Part shown: piece by piece, positions 22,901 to 36,100 of the stretch
Position numbering within the stretch: the first letter of the stretch is position 1
How the letters are laid out: every line of letters starts with the position of its first letter
Source: Takakia lepidozioides
Taxonomy: Eukaryota; Plantae; Bryophyta
Length of the DNA: 64,000 nucleotides
Assembly: GCA_030704615.1 (NCBI GenBank)
Contig: CM060731.1
Span: 24,366,001 to 24,430,000, forward strand
Reading direction: 5' to 3'
The notes under the pieces: model-generated
The model's database searches: none
Told to the model about the DNA's origin: nothing
What the model saw: only the letters and a program-made list of their open reading frames with translations
Translations under genes and position numbers: made by a program

Positions 22901-25900
22901 CTTCACTTGGACTCTGTTAGTCAAACCCATCAGCATCACTACACTGGAGTGACCTCATTGACAGCAACATACCCATCCAACAAGAAGCCAACTTCCGGCG
23001 CAACTTTCAGCCAAATTCCCAAATGGTGTGCCCCCCTACTACTTACCACAGCTGGAGGCAGCAGCCAAGAGTGGATGGATGTTTCTTGCGCGGCCTCCAT
23101 TCCATTCAGGTGGGTCTAGATCCCTGCCAGAGAACTTCCATAAGTACTCCTTTCCTTAGAAGAGTTCGCTAGGTCCTCAGCAAATAACCCAGCACTCGGC
23201 AAGTCATCCACTGAGGTGACTCGTAACTCCACATCTAGGTCGGTCGGGCTACCGATTGCACTGTAACTAGGAAGTTGGGCACCATCACTTGAGGCAATGC
23301 CCCACTCCAGATACGTGTACTGCCAGTAAAACATCTGCCCCTGAAAGGAGTAGCTACATAGAGTAGGACTACGATCTACAATGTACATACAGGAAATTGG
23401 CAAAACAGTACTTGAAAGGTTAAGAGAGCACGTTACCACTCTCTGCTGACGCATCATCAAACGCAAGCTTGTACTCCTGTACCTGCGAGGTACCTCATGA
23501 ATACCAGGAAGTGCAGATCTCAGATCTCATAACATACAGTCAATTTCACAATACACCACAACAACTTGAGAGAAAAAACATTGGCTGGGCACGGGCAGGG
23601 GTGTGAAGTGTGAAGAGGCAGTACCTGTTTGAACATGTACAAGTGGCTCGTCACAAAAACAAATTCTGACAAATTCAGCGAATTCTGACTTTACCTTTAT
23701 GCCATGGATATCATTCTCAACAGGGAGGCCTACAGGTCTGAGTGTGGGCCAGAAAGATAAAGAGACATGTGAGTTATACTTTGAGACCCTTTGGATTTGG
23801 AACTGCCCCACTTGAACTCCTACTAGGCTTTAATTGCCCTCACTTTAAGTTGGAATGTAGGACAATTTAAATTTAGATAGAGGCTCGCTATGAAACAGTT
23901 GCACCCTCTTTTCCATGGATAAAGAAGTTAAAATATTTAGGCCAGCCTGTACAACTCATTTAGTGAAACTCAGGTGTGGCCTGAACTTCAGGGTTTCATG
24001 AGCCTGGAATTGTTACTGTCCAGGGGTCACCTTCAATCACCCATTCTTTGACCAGCTATAATACATCTGTACTAACACAAATCAGGCTATTTCATACAGC
24101 TATAAGCGGATGTAAGAATCTACCAACAATCGACATCCGGAAGAAAAAACGAACATATGTCCTTTAAGGTCCCGAAACTTGCTGGGTACATATCTTGCCT
24201 GGAGCTCATACCAGTCGGTCTCAAAATTCGTTCTGAAGCATGTATATCACTACAGCAGAAGTCACATTCAACAAGTAGATGGCTACCAAAAAGAGGAAGG
24301 CTCTGATTACTATATCCCCAAGTGCTGTAGATTCAATGAAGCACAGAAACTCTCTTTTAAGAGAAAATTAATAAAGACTATGACCAAAAGAAACAAGCCA
24401 GGAACGGGAATTTCCTGATAGATCTAGAGGCACTGGTGAAGCGGCCCTTGAGAGGCAACATCAGTCTAGACTGAACCTCACATGAACTCTGTCGTCCCAG
24501 GTTCTAACTTCTACATTTTCTTCAGTTTGAAACGTTTGTACTTTAAAACTACCTGACAGCGACATGGGCAAGTAGGGTTGAACAGAGCATGCTAGTTGCC
24601 GAGACACTTATTGTAGAGAGAGAGAGAGAGAGAGAAAACATGACTCGGTGAGACACAGCTATGATCGTTCAGGGTTATAAGGAAAGTCCGGATGAGAAGA
24701 AACGGGTCACAAAGATCATTTTGACCAGTGCTGCCTAACTGATCATGTAGACCCAGATAACCTTGGACGGCAGTGAATAAAAAATGAAACATTAGAGCAG
24801 GATCACCAAAGGAGGCTTGCCCCGAGGCAGCTACAAACAGTCGAGAGCAGGTCGACAAGGAGCAGATTTAGGCCAGGGAGGAGACATTTATAAAGTGAAC
24901 TTCCGTACTGACAGTACTGGATGAAACAGGTAGACAATTTTAGAGGCCATGGCTTCAAACTTCAAATGGGGCACGTAAGGAATGTACAGACCTGGTACCA
25001 GCGGAACCCGTTGTGAGATTTCATCTCAGAAATGTGTGAGACTCAGCCGGAAATGCCATACAGCCGAAGACAAGCGATCGATGTTGATCCACGCGCTGGG
25101 TAGCATGAGGGGCTTTCCAGCAGTGCACCTCTACGCCTGATCAAGCTTTGCAACAGATCATCTAGGTTAAAACGCAAACTGTAGTATCTTGCACCTTGCC
25201 ACTGACGTTGTTAAAAAGAAGGGCGCAGAGCGCAGATCTAATGTCATCTACCGATCAACGGAGGCGTCGGAAGAGGGAATTGCATCGATAGCAGACTAGA
25301 ACAAGGTGAGACTTGTGTCTTCTATCAAACGTTGCTTAGCACGAAACGATAAATGTATATGAAAATTCTGATCTTGGGACAATTTGAGCATTGACTTGTA
25401 TCTTACAGTATCGTACCTGCCTTCGGGAAGTTTCTAGAAGTGCTTGCGTATATGAGAAAAGTTCTGCAGTTCTGCTATCCCACTGAACTCGTTTGCCTTC
25501 TCCAAAGGCGCCCCGGGCCGTCCTCTTAGAAATCGCGACTCGTGGATGCAACTTTGGGTTCTGCATCTGACCACATGAATTTCCTTCGGAAGGATCGTCC
25601 AAGCTGGATCACAGTTCAAAATGCTTCTGACTTCTGCGTCAAGTCACTCGGGTCCCCCTTCTTCCACTTTCCCTTTCCCTCTACATTTGCACGTCGATAT
25701 TTTTCATCCGCGCTGTCCAGGTAGTCCTTTACTAAGTTGTGTTTTCTGCAGAAGCAGATGAATAACTCTTTGCACATCATTTCTACTGGAGTAGCCAAAC
25801 GTTGACAATTTGAGTCACTAACAGTCAATATCGGCCAGGTAACGACAGCCGTGATCATTTGTGCTAGTTATGCGCTGCCAGTGGATCAAAACAGCCAAAA

Positions 25901-28900
25901 CTTCACATGATCCGGGGGGGTGCTGCGTGAAACAGCTAGATAGACGCTAGCGCTTAGTAGCCAATCATGGCAAGCTCACAAACTCGCGGAGATGCTCATT
26001 GACCCAATGGGCTGTCAGCGTAAGAAGACGACGCTGCTTTTGCAAACTGCAACCTTGAGACTGGCAGTGCCGAACTGGTGACGGGGTTATCACTTATCGC
26101 CTTGAACTTCTGCATGGACTTGGTGGTATACGCCTGCACTACACTTGAGTACAAAACATCAAGGTTCTTCTCATGAAGATGCTATCGATCGTAATGAGGC
26201 GGACGTGATGTCAAAGTAGCGTCAACCATGTGTATATGGAAAACTCCGATACATGTAGAAATCAGATTGGATGCTGGCCATGTTGAACCAGATTAAGAAC
26301 CAGATTATCTTGGACTTGACTTTTCAAGAAGAATGCATCTTTGACAAAGCCTTTGTGTTGCATGCAAGTTATGGATTCACATAGCAAGGAGGACATGGTT
26401 TTCAAACGCGAAAGATTCCTTACAAGATCACCCACTTCCCTCTCTTGTTGTTCTGGTGAGAGGGAGATCCCCAGACAACCCAAGCGAGCAGGCTTGCTTG
26501 ATTGAAGGGGAAGGGCCATTTTGCACATCCTAGTTGAACAAAGGCGTCGTATTAAAACTTCTCTAGCATGGCGAGAAGCAGGTCTAGAAGATCTGGCCCT
26601 TTATGTTGAAAGCTTGTGGAAGAAATTAGAAGGGAACAGTATGGTCACCCCACTTGGGTCTTTTATAAAGCTATGCAGGGTTCATATTGTGGAAGAAATT
26701 AGAAGGGAACTTACAACTTACGTCTCCTTGACAACGTCGTAATGACCTGGTCCCCTTCACACGCGCCCCCCGGCGGCCCCACCTTGGCACTTCTACTTAA
26801 CTTACTTAACTACCTACACTGCCTTCCTTCCGAATTCGTGACAAGATTAAGCTAACCGCCTTCATTAAGGTACTTAGTTGCTGTTCTAGTTCTCATTAGT
26901 GCTGATTATGTACTGCTAACATCGTCTTAACGACTGATCCGAGTTTCAAACTATATAATTTAGTGATACTCGGATCACGTAGGAGCTCTGCCAACGGTGG
27001 GCCCTGCATGGTGGTGCGCGTGAAGGGACAGCGTCATTACGACAATGTCAAGGAGAATGCGGAGGCGCGAGGGAGTCAGTCCATGATGCATGGGATTTTT
27101 GTGGAGATATAAAAGGAAGGAAAGGTTTCCTAATCTTATGAGAGCAGAAGACGGCAGATGGTCAGGACCGTAATTGTAGCGTCCAGAGTGCTCATTTGTG
27201 AAAGAGGTAATTAGTAAGAGATTGTGTGCGCACACTCCGCACCTGGATGCTTAGATGCAGGCATGTTTATCTCGGCTCTCTAAATGGTGCAGCTTATGTT
27301 GGAGCTCCAAGTAGTTATGACCCATCTGCTGGATTTTCAAGTGTTTCCCACTGTGCAGGATATAAAGAGAAGGAGACGCACAAGTTGCGGACAGAATAGC
27401 ATCGAAGGATGGGTCAAGGACACAGCTCTCGAGATCTTTCATGTCTTTAAACGAGGTCAGCCTTGCAGCCACCCAGAAAATCGGTCGCTGTCCTTACATC
27501 AACATATAATATGCCGCAAAGACAGCGGCCAAAAATATATGTCAGAGTGCAATTAATCCAGCGCCATTACACCAGGTTTCTAGTCCACACAGCAGCGTTC
27601 CTGACCTGCTTTGTCACCACCATTTCTAAATGCTTCACCATGCCTGCATCAAAGCAAGTCGACTCCCCCTCAAGTGCCCACAACGGCAGTTTTTTCTGCC
27701 GTTTCACGGCTGTCAGTCACGGACGTTAGTAGCTCAGCACAAACGCCCTCTCTCCATGGTTCCGTGTGAACAAGGCTCAAGCAGCCTGATGAGTAAGTAC
27801 AGCAGCTGCATCGGCCCACAGACCGAGACGGATCCTTGCAACAACCTTTGTGCCAATGCGGAGCATGAGCTGCCCCCCCCACTGTCTGTGCACACCATGC
27901 ACGCGCTCAACACCCCTGCGTCACCTTCCTGGCGTCTGTCCCGCAAACCCAACCGACCTAACTTATTACTCTGTACTTCCGCAACGTATACTAGACGTAG
28001 TCGACTCCCCTGCGATGTAAGTACGAGAGAGACAGGGGGGGATGATTGGAAGGAGGGCATGCCGCCATGGCAGTGCCGAATCCGTTACGCCCGATTCCCC
28101 ATCGCATGTCTTCAGGACTTGACTACTTATGTACCGCAAATGCGGCGTTGATGAGGGTGAGGGACCTCATCAATTCACGGTTGTCAATCAGCGCAATCTA
28201 GCATGGACGAGCCCTCATTGCGTTGTAACTTGGAGTGTAATTAGCAAGGAGGAGTAGCGACTTGAGTCCACGCAATAGGTATGGAATCATGGATCCATCC
28301 AATCCTGCATGTGCGACTTACATCAGGTCCTCAGGAGCTCATTTCTCGTGTGCGTGTCTCATTATTGGGGATAGAAATCTAGTTGAATCTCCCCATCTCT
28401 CAGGCTGTTTGTTCACCGTTGTCAATGTACATGAACAAGAAAACACTTGTACGTTGCACAGCTCAGTTTGTACTACAGTTTTGAATACCTGCAGGACGAC
28501 TTGGGTATTGTGTATGTAGCACAACCCAGCTATTCACTGTGTAAGTAAACAATCTCTTGGTGCAACAAGCTCAACGTCCGGGGAGAACCGGCAGCCAGTT
28601 ACATGCTAGCCGACTGAATTCCAGAATTTCCGAATGAAATATGAAACCTCAGGAAATGGATCCGAGGGAAAAAATGGCCGAAGTGGAAATCAACCGGGTG
28701 CCCCACTTTTAGGAAGGATATTTGCCTTTCCATTTCATTACAGACAGGAAATCTGCCTTAGTTGGCAAGGCCTGGACGGATTCCGGCCCTTCTTATATTA
28801 CAAAAAATGGAAATGGCCGTCGAAGTCCACCACATGGCAGAAATCCAACGTGCCAGGCCGGGTTACATCCAAGGAAGGGCGTTTAGGTGAAAAAATATTG

Positions 28901-30119
28901 AACTCAAAGAGGGCGGGCCCGCGGGCAAACCCTACTAAGTCTGGACGTTGCTCTCGCAGCCCCACGCCTGCTTGCACTCGCTGCCTGCTATCACAGCTCA
29001 CCTGTCCACGCGGGTTCAATTCTTGGCCTCCATGTGGTTTGAAGGCATTGACAGGTCCAGCTTCTATAAGGATACAATGTTCTTCACTTGTTTGAATTGC
29101 TTAAAACTGGTTGTGATTATTTCTTATTATTATTATTTACTTATTGCTGTGCATTTGACACTTGTGTTGTCAACCGGTTGATATTTATAAGGGCCGGATT
29201 TATAGCTGAACACAAAAATCATTAGGAATATTACCGGTTGTAAAGAAATTATCTCGGAAATAGACCGGGTATAGTTACCACTAAGGGGCAGCAACCGACT
29301 GCCCAACCCACTTAGCCGATTGCTGCTGGGAATGAGCGGCTACTGCCTGGTTCAACTGAAATTATTTCCCGGACGCTGAACAAGCTCATGTGAAATACCT
29401 TCTCAGACAGGCTGAGAAATCCTTTTTGCAAGAAGCTATTATAAAAACCTGCCTTGGATATCATACCCTCCCATTCTTTGTGTCTAGGGTTACTTCCCAA
29501 ACGTAAGTAGATAGAGTTCACTGTGCACTTACCTACAAGAGAGATACTGCTCTTGTACTGATTCATGGACATAATGGGTTGACATTCTGTTCGTACTTAG
29601 GTTACCGGAATACTTTGAGGGTATACTTCGTACCCTCATGTGCTCTTATTCATTCTAGGCTGTGTGGCATATCTCGAATCTGGGTTACGGCCCAGCCCAT
29701 ATGATGCATGGAAGTGCGTGCACAGAGGGATCTAGCGAGAGAGCTGCAAGTGGATCATTCTCGGGGACAAGTTTTCTGGTTTGTACAGTGCTACCCCTAC
29801 AGCCTATTTGAAAAATGTCTTCCTGTCTAAATATTTCACTTTATTCCAAGTAAAGATGTTGCCACATAAAGTGAACACAATGCTTCACTCTCTGTAGTCC
29901 AATGGATCCCTCCCACCACATGGCAACAGACAGGCATCAACTGCCAGACCTTGGTACAGAACATGCTGTGTTCAGTGTCCAGAGACAAGCTGTGCATGTG
30001 AAGTGCGCAACACACACAAATATGTTGTCAGAATTACTGACAATACCTCATACCAGTGTTGCATTGGAGAAAACTGCCAGCATGGAATCCCACCTACACT
30101 GGGAACTCCACAATTTGAT

Positions 30120-33100
30120 CTAGAGTTTAGAAGGCCACAATTGCTGTTTAAGAAGGGGCCTCAGGTACTCATGGTAGCCTTCTGTGACAGGGGACTCATT
30201 CAAAGTGTCTTTCCATGCATCTTTGTAGAGATGGGTATACACGTCCCCATCATATCGACCTAGTGCTGAACATAAGTAATTGTCGGTATGATCAAAAGCG
30301 TCCACCAATGCCACTGCATTCAAGCGGATCTGCAGGTTCATCACACAGCCGCAAATCAAGTCAGAAAAGAAACCCTACTGGACTTCCCTCTAACTCAGGA
30401 GTTACCAAACAATTTACCGAACAACCATCTATGTACAGAGGAACAAATCCATAAAGACAAAACAGTAACCAAACAGATGTCGCACCAGTCAAAATGAAAT
30501 AGAGTGCAGTCATAACATTGTATTGTCAATCACAAAGTTTCAGACCATCAACTTTATCATGTATTGCCATGACAAGTTGCCACCACTCCGCGCTGACTTT
30601 TATCAGCTCCTGACAGTGGGTGTTGATCACACTACGGAAACAGAAGCTTTCCGCAAAATCATGGGGAAGGAGCAGAAAAATGAGGGAGAAAGAGAAAAGC
30701 AAAGCCTTGCATGGAGAAACTTCGCGAACCTGATCAAATAAACCCTGGAGCTGCTGCTTTGCTAAGATGAACTGCTTGCCCGTCATATATCCAGTTGCCA
30801 GAAAGTCACCAGAATGTGTATTCAACAGAGACAACGCATACACTTTGCACAAAGCTTGAAGTATCTGCTTCAAACCCCTGCCTGGAAATTCCAGTTGTAC
30901 CTGCTCTATGAACCTGTCCCACCATTTCCCGCGAGCAGATTTGATTGCAGCACGCCAATGATGAGAGCACCCACAAAGAAAGGTGTGACCATTAGCCAAT
31001 CACATCTCCCCCCCAATCCTCCATGGGGTTTCTTGGCATGCCAAGGTCGAGTGCTGGACCAAGTTATTAAATCATAGAGTATGATCCAGGATCTGGCTGT
31101 CTTCTAGCACACAAGAAAGAAAAGACGGATAGTGCATGGGCTAGCACGCATGTGCCAGCACAGGAGCAGCTTATCTACTTCCCTTCTGTATCACCAAGAA
31201 ACAGAATAAACAATGAGGGACTCACTTGGCAACAATGATCAACTGGCAATGTGCACGGGCTGCTTCCACCAACTCTGCTGAAAGATTTTCAAATGCTGCA
31301 CAACGATCAAACACACACCCCACTTTTGCCTTAACATGGTGAAGTGACATCGATTAAGGCCCCTTCCTTCACATAAGTTTCTTTCAGCTCAAAGAAACCA
31401 TAGCGTAACAAACAGACAAACAAACAGCTTAAGAGCATTTGGTGGGAGTAGAACCGTATCAGTGGCAAGCTGCCATTAACAAATTTGAGCTTTAAAATGA
31501 GATTAAAACTAATACGAGGGCCTATGTCACATGCTGAAAGGAAAATTACGTAATAGTAAAGCTAACCATCTTAAAGCCTGGAGGAAAGCCTCTTCCAAAA
31601 GCAAGGAAAGACCCTGACCCCTGGTTTGCCTCAAAATCATGTGGAAGTTCACTGTATTAGCAGGCCTTGCAAGCAGCCATTCAAAAGAATCTGAAAGAAC
31701 TATCCCTGTAAAAGTCTGACATGGAAAACGAAGTACACTGGGATAAAATATCTCATCATCAGCCTGCATGCTCAGTGAGTCGAGGAGCATTGCCAACTAA
31801 CAAGGCTCAACAAGTTAATGCATCCAACTAATGGGTCAAGGTAGATCATTGACAATTAGACATACAATGTCTAGGTAGGCTGTGGATATTACAAACATGT
31901 CAACACTACTGCGTGGAAAACCTTAGTTTGCCATGGCAAATCCAACATTGTGCTGTAACCCACCTGCCTCACATGGTTGACGTGCAAAAGTATGACATAG
32001 AAAGACTCACCAATTTCTGAGTTGGGTGCTTGTGCCACATGTGTGGCACAGGCAAGAGCAAGGCGTGCTGCCCGTGCCTCAAAGGCCTCCAGCAACACTG
32101 CCGGGTTTAACCACTCGTGCCCTGCCATGTGCGGAGGCCCAATTCCAAAAAGCCCACTCAGCGACTGCCAGCAGTGTTTAACCAATAGTTCTGCCAGAAG
32201 AATTGTCTAGTCTTCTGGCAAACTAGTTTATCTGCATCCATAAATACTGCCCAGCTGGGCCTGCCAGACGCTCTTTTCTCTCTCTGGCTGTGTCTCTACA
32301 CAAACAGAGACACAACACAACTTCCCAGTTCTCAACAAGTTCTGATCTACACATCTATAGAGGCATTCAGGACATAAGTGCCCTGAAGGACAGAAGTCTA
32401 CTGTGTGACCATTTCACAACTCGCATTAGATCATGCACACTAAGTTCCTCAGCTATGCAAGGAATATGGAATGGCATGCCTTCTGGATCAAGAGTAAGTC
32501 ACCTTCAGAGACTCTGCAGCTCTGTGTGGCTAAGTGCTGAATATTCCCTAAGTAGGCAGCAGTGCCTACAGGTTTTGTCCCACTGCCCACCTGGGTGAAG
32601 GTCTTCAGCAAAAACCGTGCCACCTGCGCTTGCCAGCACCACCAGATGACGACCAGATTCAATCGATAAGTCAACAATCGAATTTGAATAGGCAAGAAAG
32701 AGAGCGCAGGCTGGAGCTGGTAACATATATTAAAGTGAGACCAAGAGGCTTCACATTCTGTTCAAACCACAGCCCATGAAAAATCCATAGGTTGAGACGC
32801 CATCAACTTGACATGGACCACGTTTTCTTCCAGCTCTTACCAAGACTCACATTAACTGTAAGAAATCCAAGCAAACATGTGTAAGAATGTGTGCTCAAGT
32901 GTGTTTGGACAAAGACACACACCTGAAGAAGAAGAATGGTGTTGTCACCCTCGTAGGTACAGGCAGGCACATAGGCAGCATACATCTCGGGGAGGCCACT
33001 GGCACACAGGTAGCCATGCCCTCCACATAGCTTGCGGCATTCCTCTATTCCATCCTGCAGGGGTCCTCCCACCACGTCTTGCTTAACCTTGCTTATGATC

Positions 33101-36100
33101 TAAGCACACAGAACCAATCTTGTCCATGTTTTCCAAAAGTACACTCTGCCACAAGTGTCTGAGATGATAACCCCCTTGAGCATAATTTGATGCTTAACAT
33201 AAAGGAGATGGGAGGCACAAGGGGAACCTACTGAGGTAATGGACGTGGTAATAGACTTCAAGCCTGCCGTACAAGCATGGACCTCGGGCAGGGTTGAAAA
33301 GTCGTTGTTGCTCAAGCGCTCCATCACATCAGCATACAACCATTTCATCCAGAACCCCAGAAACCGATATGCATACGCAGTAGCTAGAAGCGGAAACAGT
33401 CGGTATTGCTGCGTTTTGTAGTCCATCACCTGCAGTGGAAAAATATACTTCTTCATAATCCATATAGATGCTTTTTCACAAATGCAGAACAACATGGACA
33501 TCCAAGAATCTGACTGAACGTATGAACAGGCAAGGCATGTAATGCATGCCCCGCAAAGTGTAAGTCCTAAGCCTGACTTAGCTTGTTATGGACTTCACAG
33601 CAAACTCTACACTAGCAATTTGTTCAAGCAAGTCACCAAAGGCATCTTTAAAAATTATTGCACGCTCCTATAAGGAAAAATAATGGAAGCACTGTTTCTC
33701 CATCCTTGCCACGATGAAACACAAAGAAAAAGGGGGATTACAGAGAGAGCACGACAGCCACCTGAATTTCAGGGTGGCCATCCTTTCCACCAAATTGCCG
33801 TCTGACGGCACTGTAGCGCACAGCTATGGTGACAGCACGGGAGAGATAGACGGATGCTTCGGTAACAATGCTTTGCCGCACAAACACCATTGCACCATAG
33901 CCTAGTTGACGTGGCTTATTTGCCTGCTCGTACTTGCCCTCTTTAGTCACCGTTGCTAACCTGTGTCCCGATACAAACATATCACAACGATTCAATCAAC
34001 AGAGAATGCTATCTGAAAAAAAATTGTATTTCCCTCGAGAGGAAAGAAGGCCGTAACCATGCACCTTCTAATTGACTGCATAGACTTGCCCTCTTTAGTC
34101 ACTGTTGCTAACCTGTGTCTAATGCATGCAAATATGTCAAGCACACAGTCCATCGGACGCTCTCAAATGGGCAGTATTGAGAAAAAGGCTGCCACCACAC
34201 ACATTAGCAGTTTGACTCTCACTTCCTGGTTGAACCCAAGCTTATGGATAGCTTGGCCCAATGACTCCTAGATGGCATTCCAATTATCCAAGTTTGCTCA
34301 ACAGTCCTCTGAGGCACACACACGCCGACTCGCCGACCAAGAAGAAATGAACTGTAATAGGTTCATGTAAGAGAGAGGCTTTATAAAGTTTTCTGGGCTG
34401 TTTCCTCTTTCCTCAGAAAAGAGGGAGAGAGAAAGATGTGTACTCATCCAAATTTGTTGCCTTAGCATTATGGCCAAAGACCCCATGCCCCATTTGGGAT
34501 GGAGCAAAAAGGGGCAGCGACGGACAGCAGAACGGGGCAATTAGCATTGTGGAAGGCATGCTCCAGTAGACACCAGTAAATCTTCATAATTTAGGAAAAC
34601 GAAGAGAAAGAAGAAATCACATGAAATGGTACTTTATAAAGTCCGCAGGAAGCTCTAGCAAAATCCTCCCGTTACCCCTCCAAAAAGATGACAGAAACTT
34701 AGTTCGAATGCACCCACTAGAACAAACTGAAAAAGTGAGTGGGGAATCCTAACAGTTAGTCACTGCTATTCCAGAGATGGTCGCATTGTCTCATACGATG
34801 CCATTTCACTCTAAAAGAGCTGCAGACGTAGTTATTTGCTGTTCCCTGAAACTCGTTTTCATCTGTTATAATTGTTTCTTCTTACAAAAAGCTTCTACAT
34901 TTGCCTCGGATATGCTCATCCTTCTCTTTTATTGATCAAATGTCAGCATCAAGCTTTCCTCAGCACTTACCTGGAGATCTCTTAAGTCAGATTTCAGCAT
35001 CCAACCAGTGACCAACTGGTAGCTCAAGGTCATATGTTCCGGCGCAGGCATCCACAACTACCTATGCCCCCCTTGAGTTCTTTCTCCTGAGAGGTTCTCC
35101 ATGTCCTCGGTACAAGCATCTTACATTGTTGAACTATAGCCTTAACATTGTCTCAGGAGGGTGTGGACCCTCAACACAGCATCATCACTACTCACAGGCT
35201 TCATCAGTGCCATCATTCTGAGTCACAGACTGTGTATGGAACAGTTCGGCCATGATAGGTGAGAATAAGTTCAGAATGTAGTTCAGAATAACCTGGGAGC
35301 AGGTGCTGCTCCATGTGTCACAAACTTCACAAATTGGGTTCAAGTATAGATGGTTCACATTGACGGAATATCACTGGGAGGCATGATTAGTCATTTTGGC
35401 TGCACCAAATGTTGAATAGTTAAGCCTGCTGACTTGGATTAAATCCCAACCATGCATCTTCAGATGCTCTGCACTGGAATGTGATCAGTTTGAGTTTGCT
35501 AGATCCAGGCGTAGCTGTCTCAAGGTGGTTCCTGCCTGTAGTCACAATTTTGTGGTACCTAACGTAAACACTGTTCAAAAGTTGTATCACTTGAAAGTTT
35601 CATTTGGGTTTTCCCACCTTTCTCCAACAAGAAAGGACAAAGGGATGCCACCAAGAGCAGTTGCTGCAGAGCCTTACAAAACTGGGAGCAGGACGTACTT
35701 CATAAGCATGTGATCACGTGGAATTCGGAGATGGTTGAATCTTAGCAGGCCATTGTCCATCGTATTGTAGCCCCCATTGCCAAACTTGACACCTATGTCT
35801 CCCACTGTCAGACGTGGCAATGGTATGTGATCCTCCAAACTCCGGATTTGCACGATAAATGCTGTGCCCGCAATCCATGGCCATAGCCCCACATCTCATG
35901 AGACAAAGCAAAGCACTAATAACTGCTAGGCATCACATCAGAAAGCTTCCAGCATGGCTGCTCTAGCCCTCCATCATGAAATAGATATGACACATCTGGC
36001 CATAGTTTCACTGCCAATCACAGTTGAGAAAGAATGCAAGAGAGAAAATGGTGTACCCTTTTAAAAAATGACTTTTTAAAGAACTTGACCGTACATGTGC

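Noticed and set aside
21300-28300. Possible ancient TE or gene remnants between the MADS and ACX genes
   Set aside because: Only short ORFs are present, with no motif I can identify with confidence.
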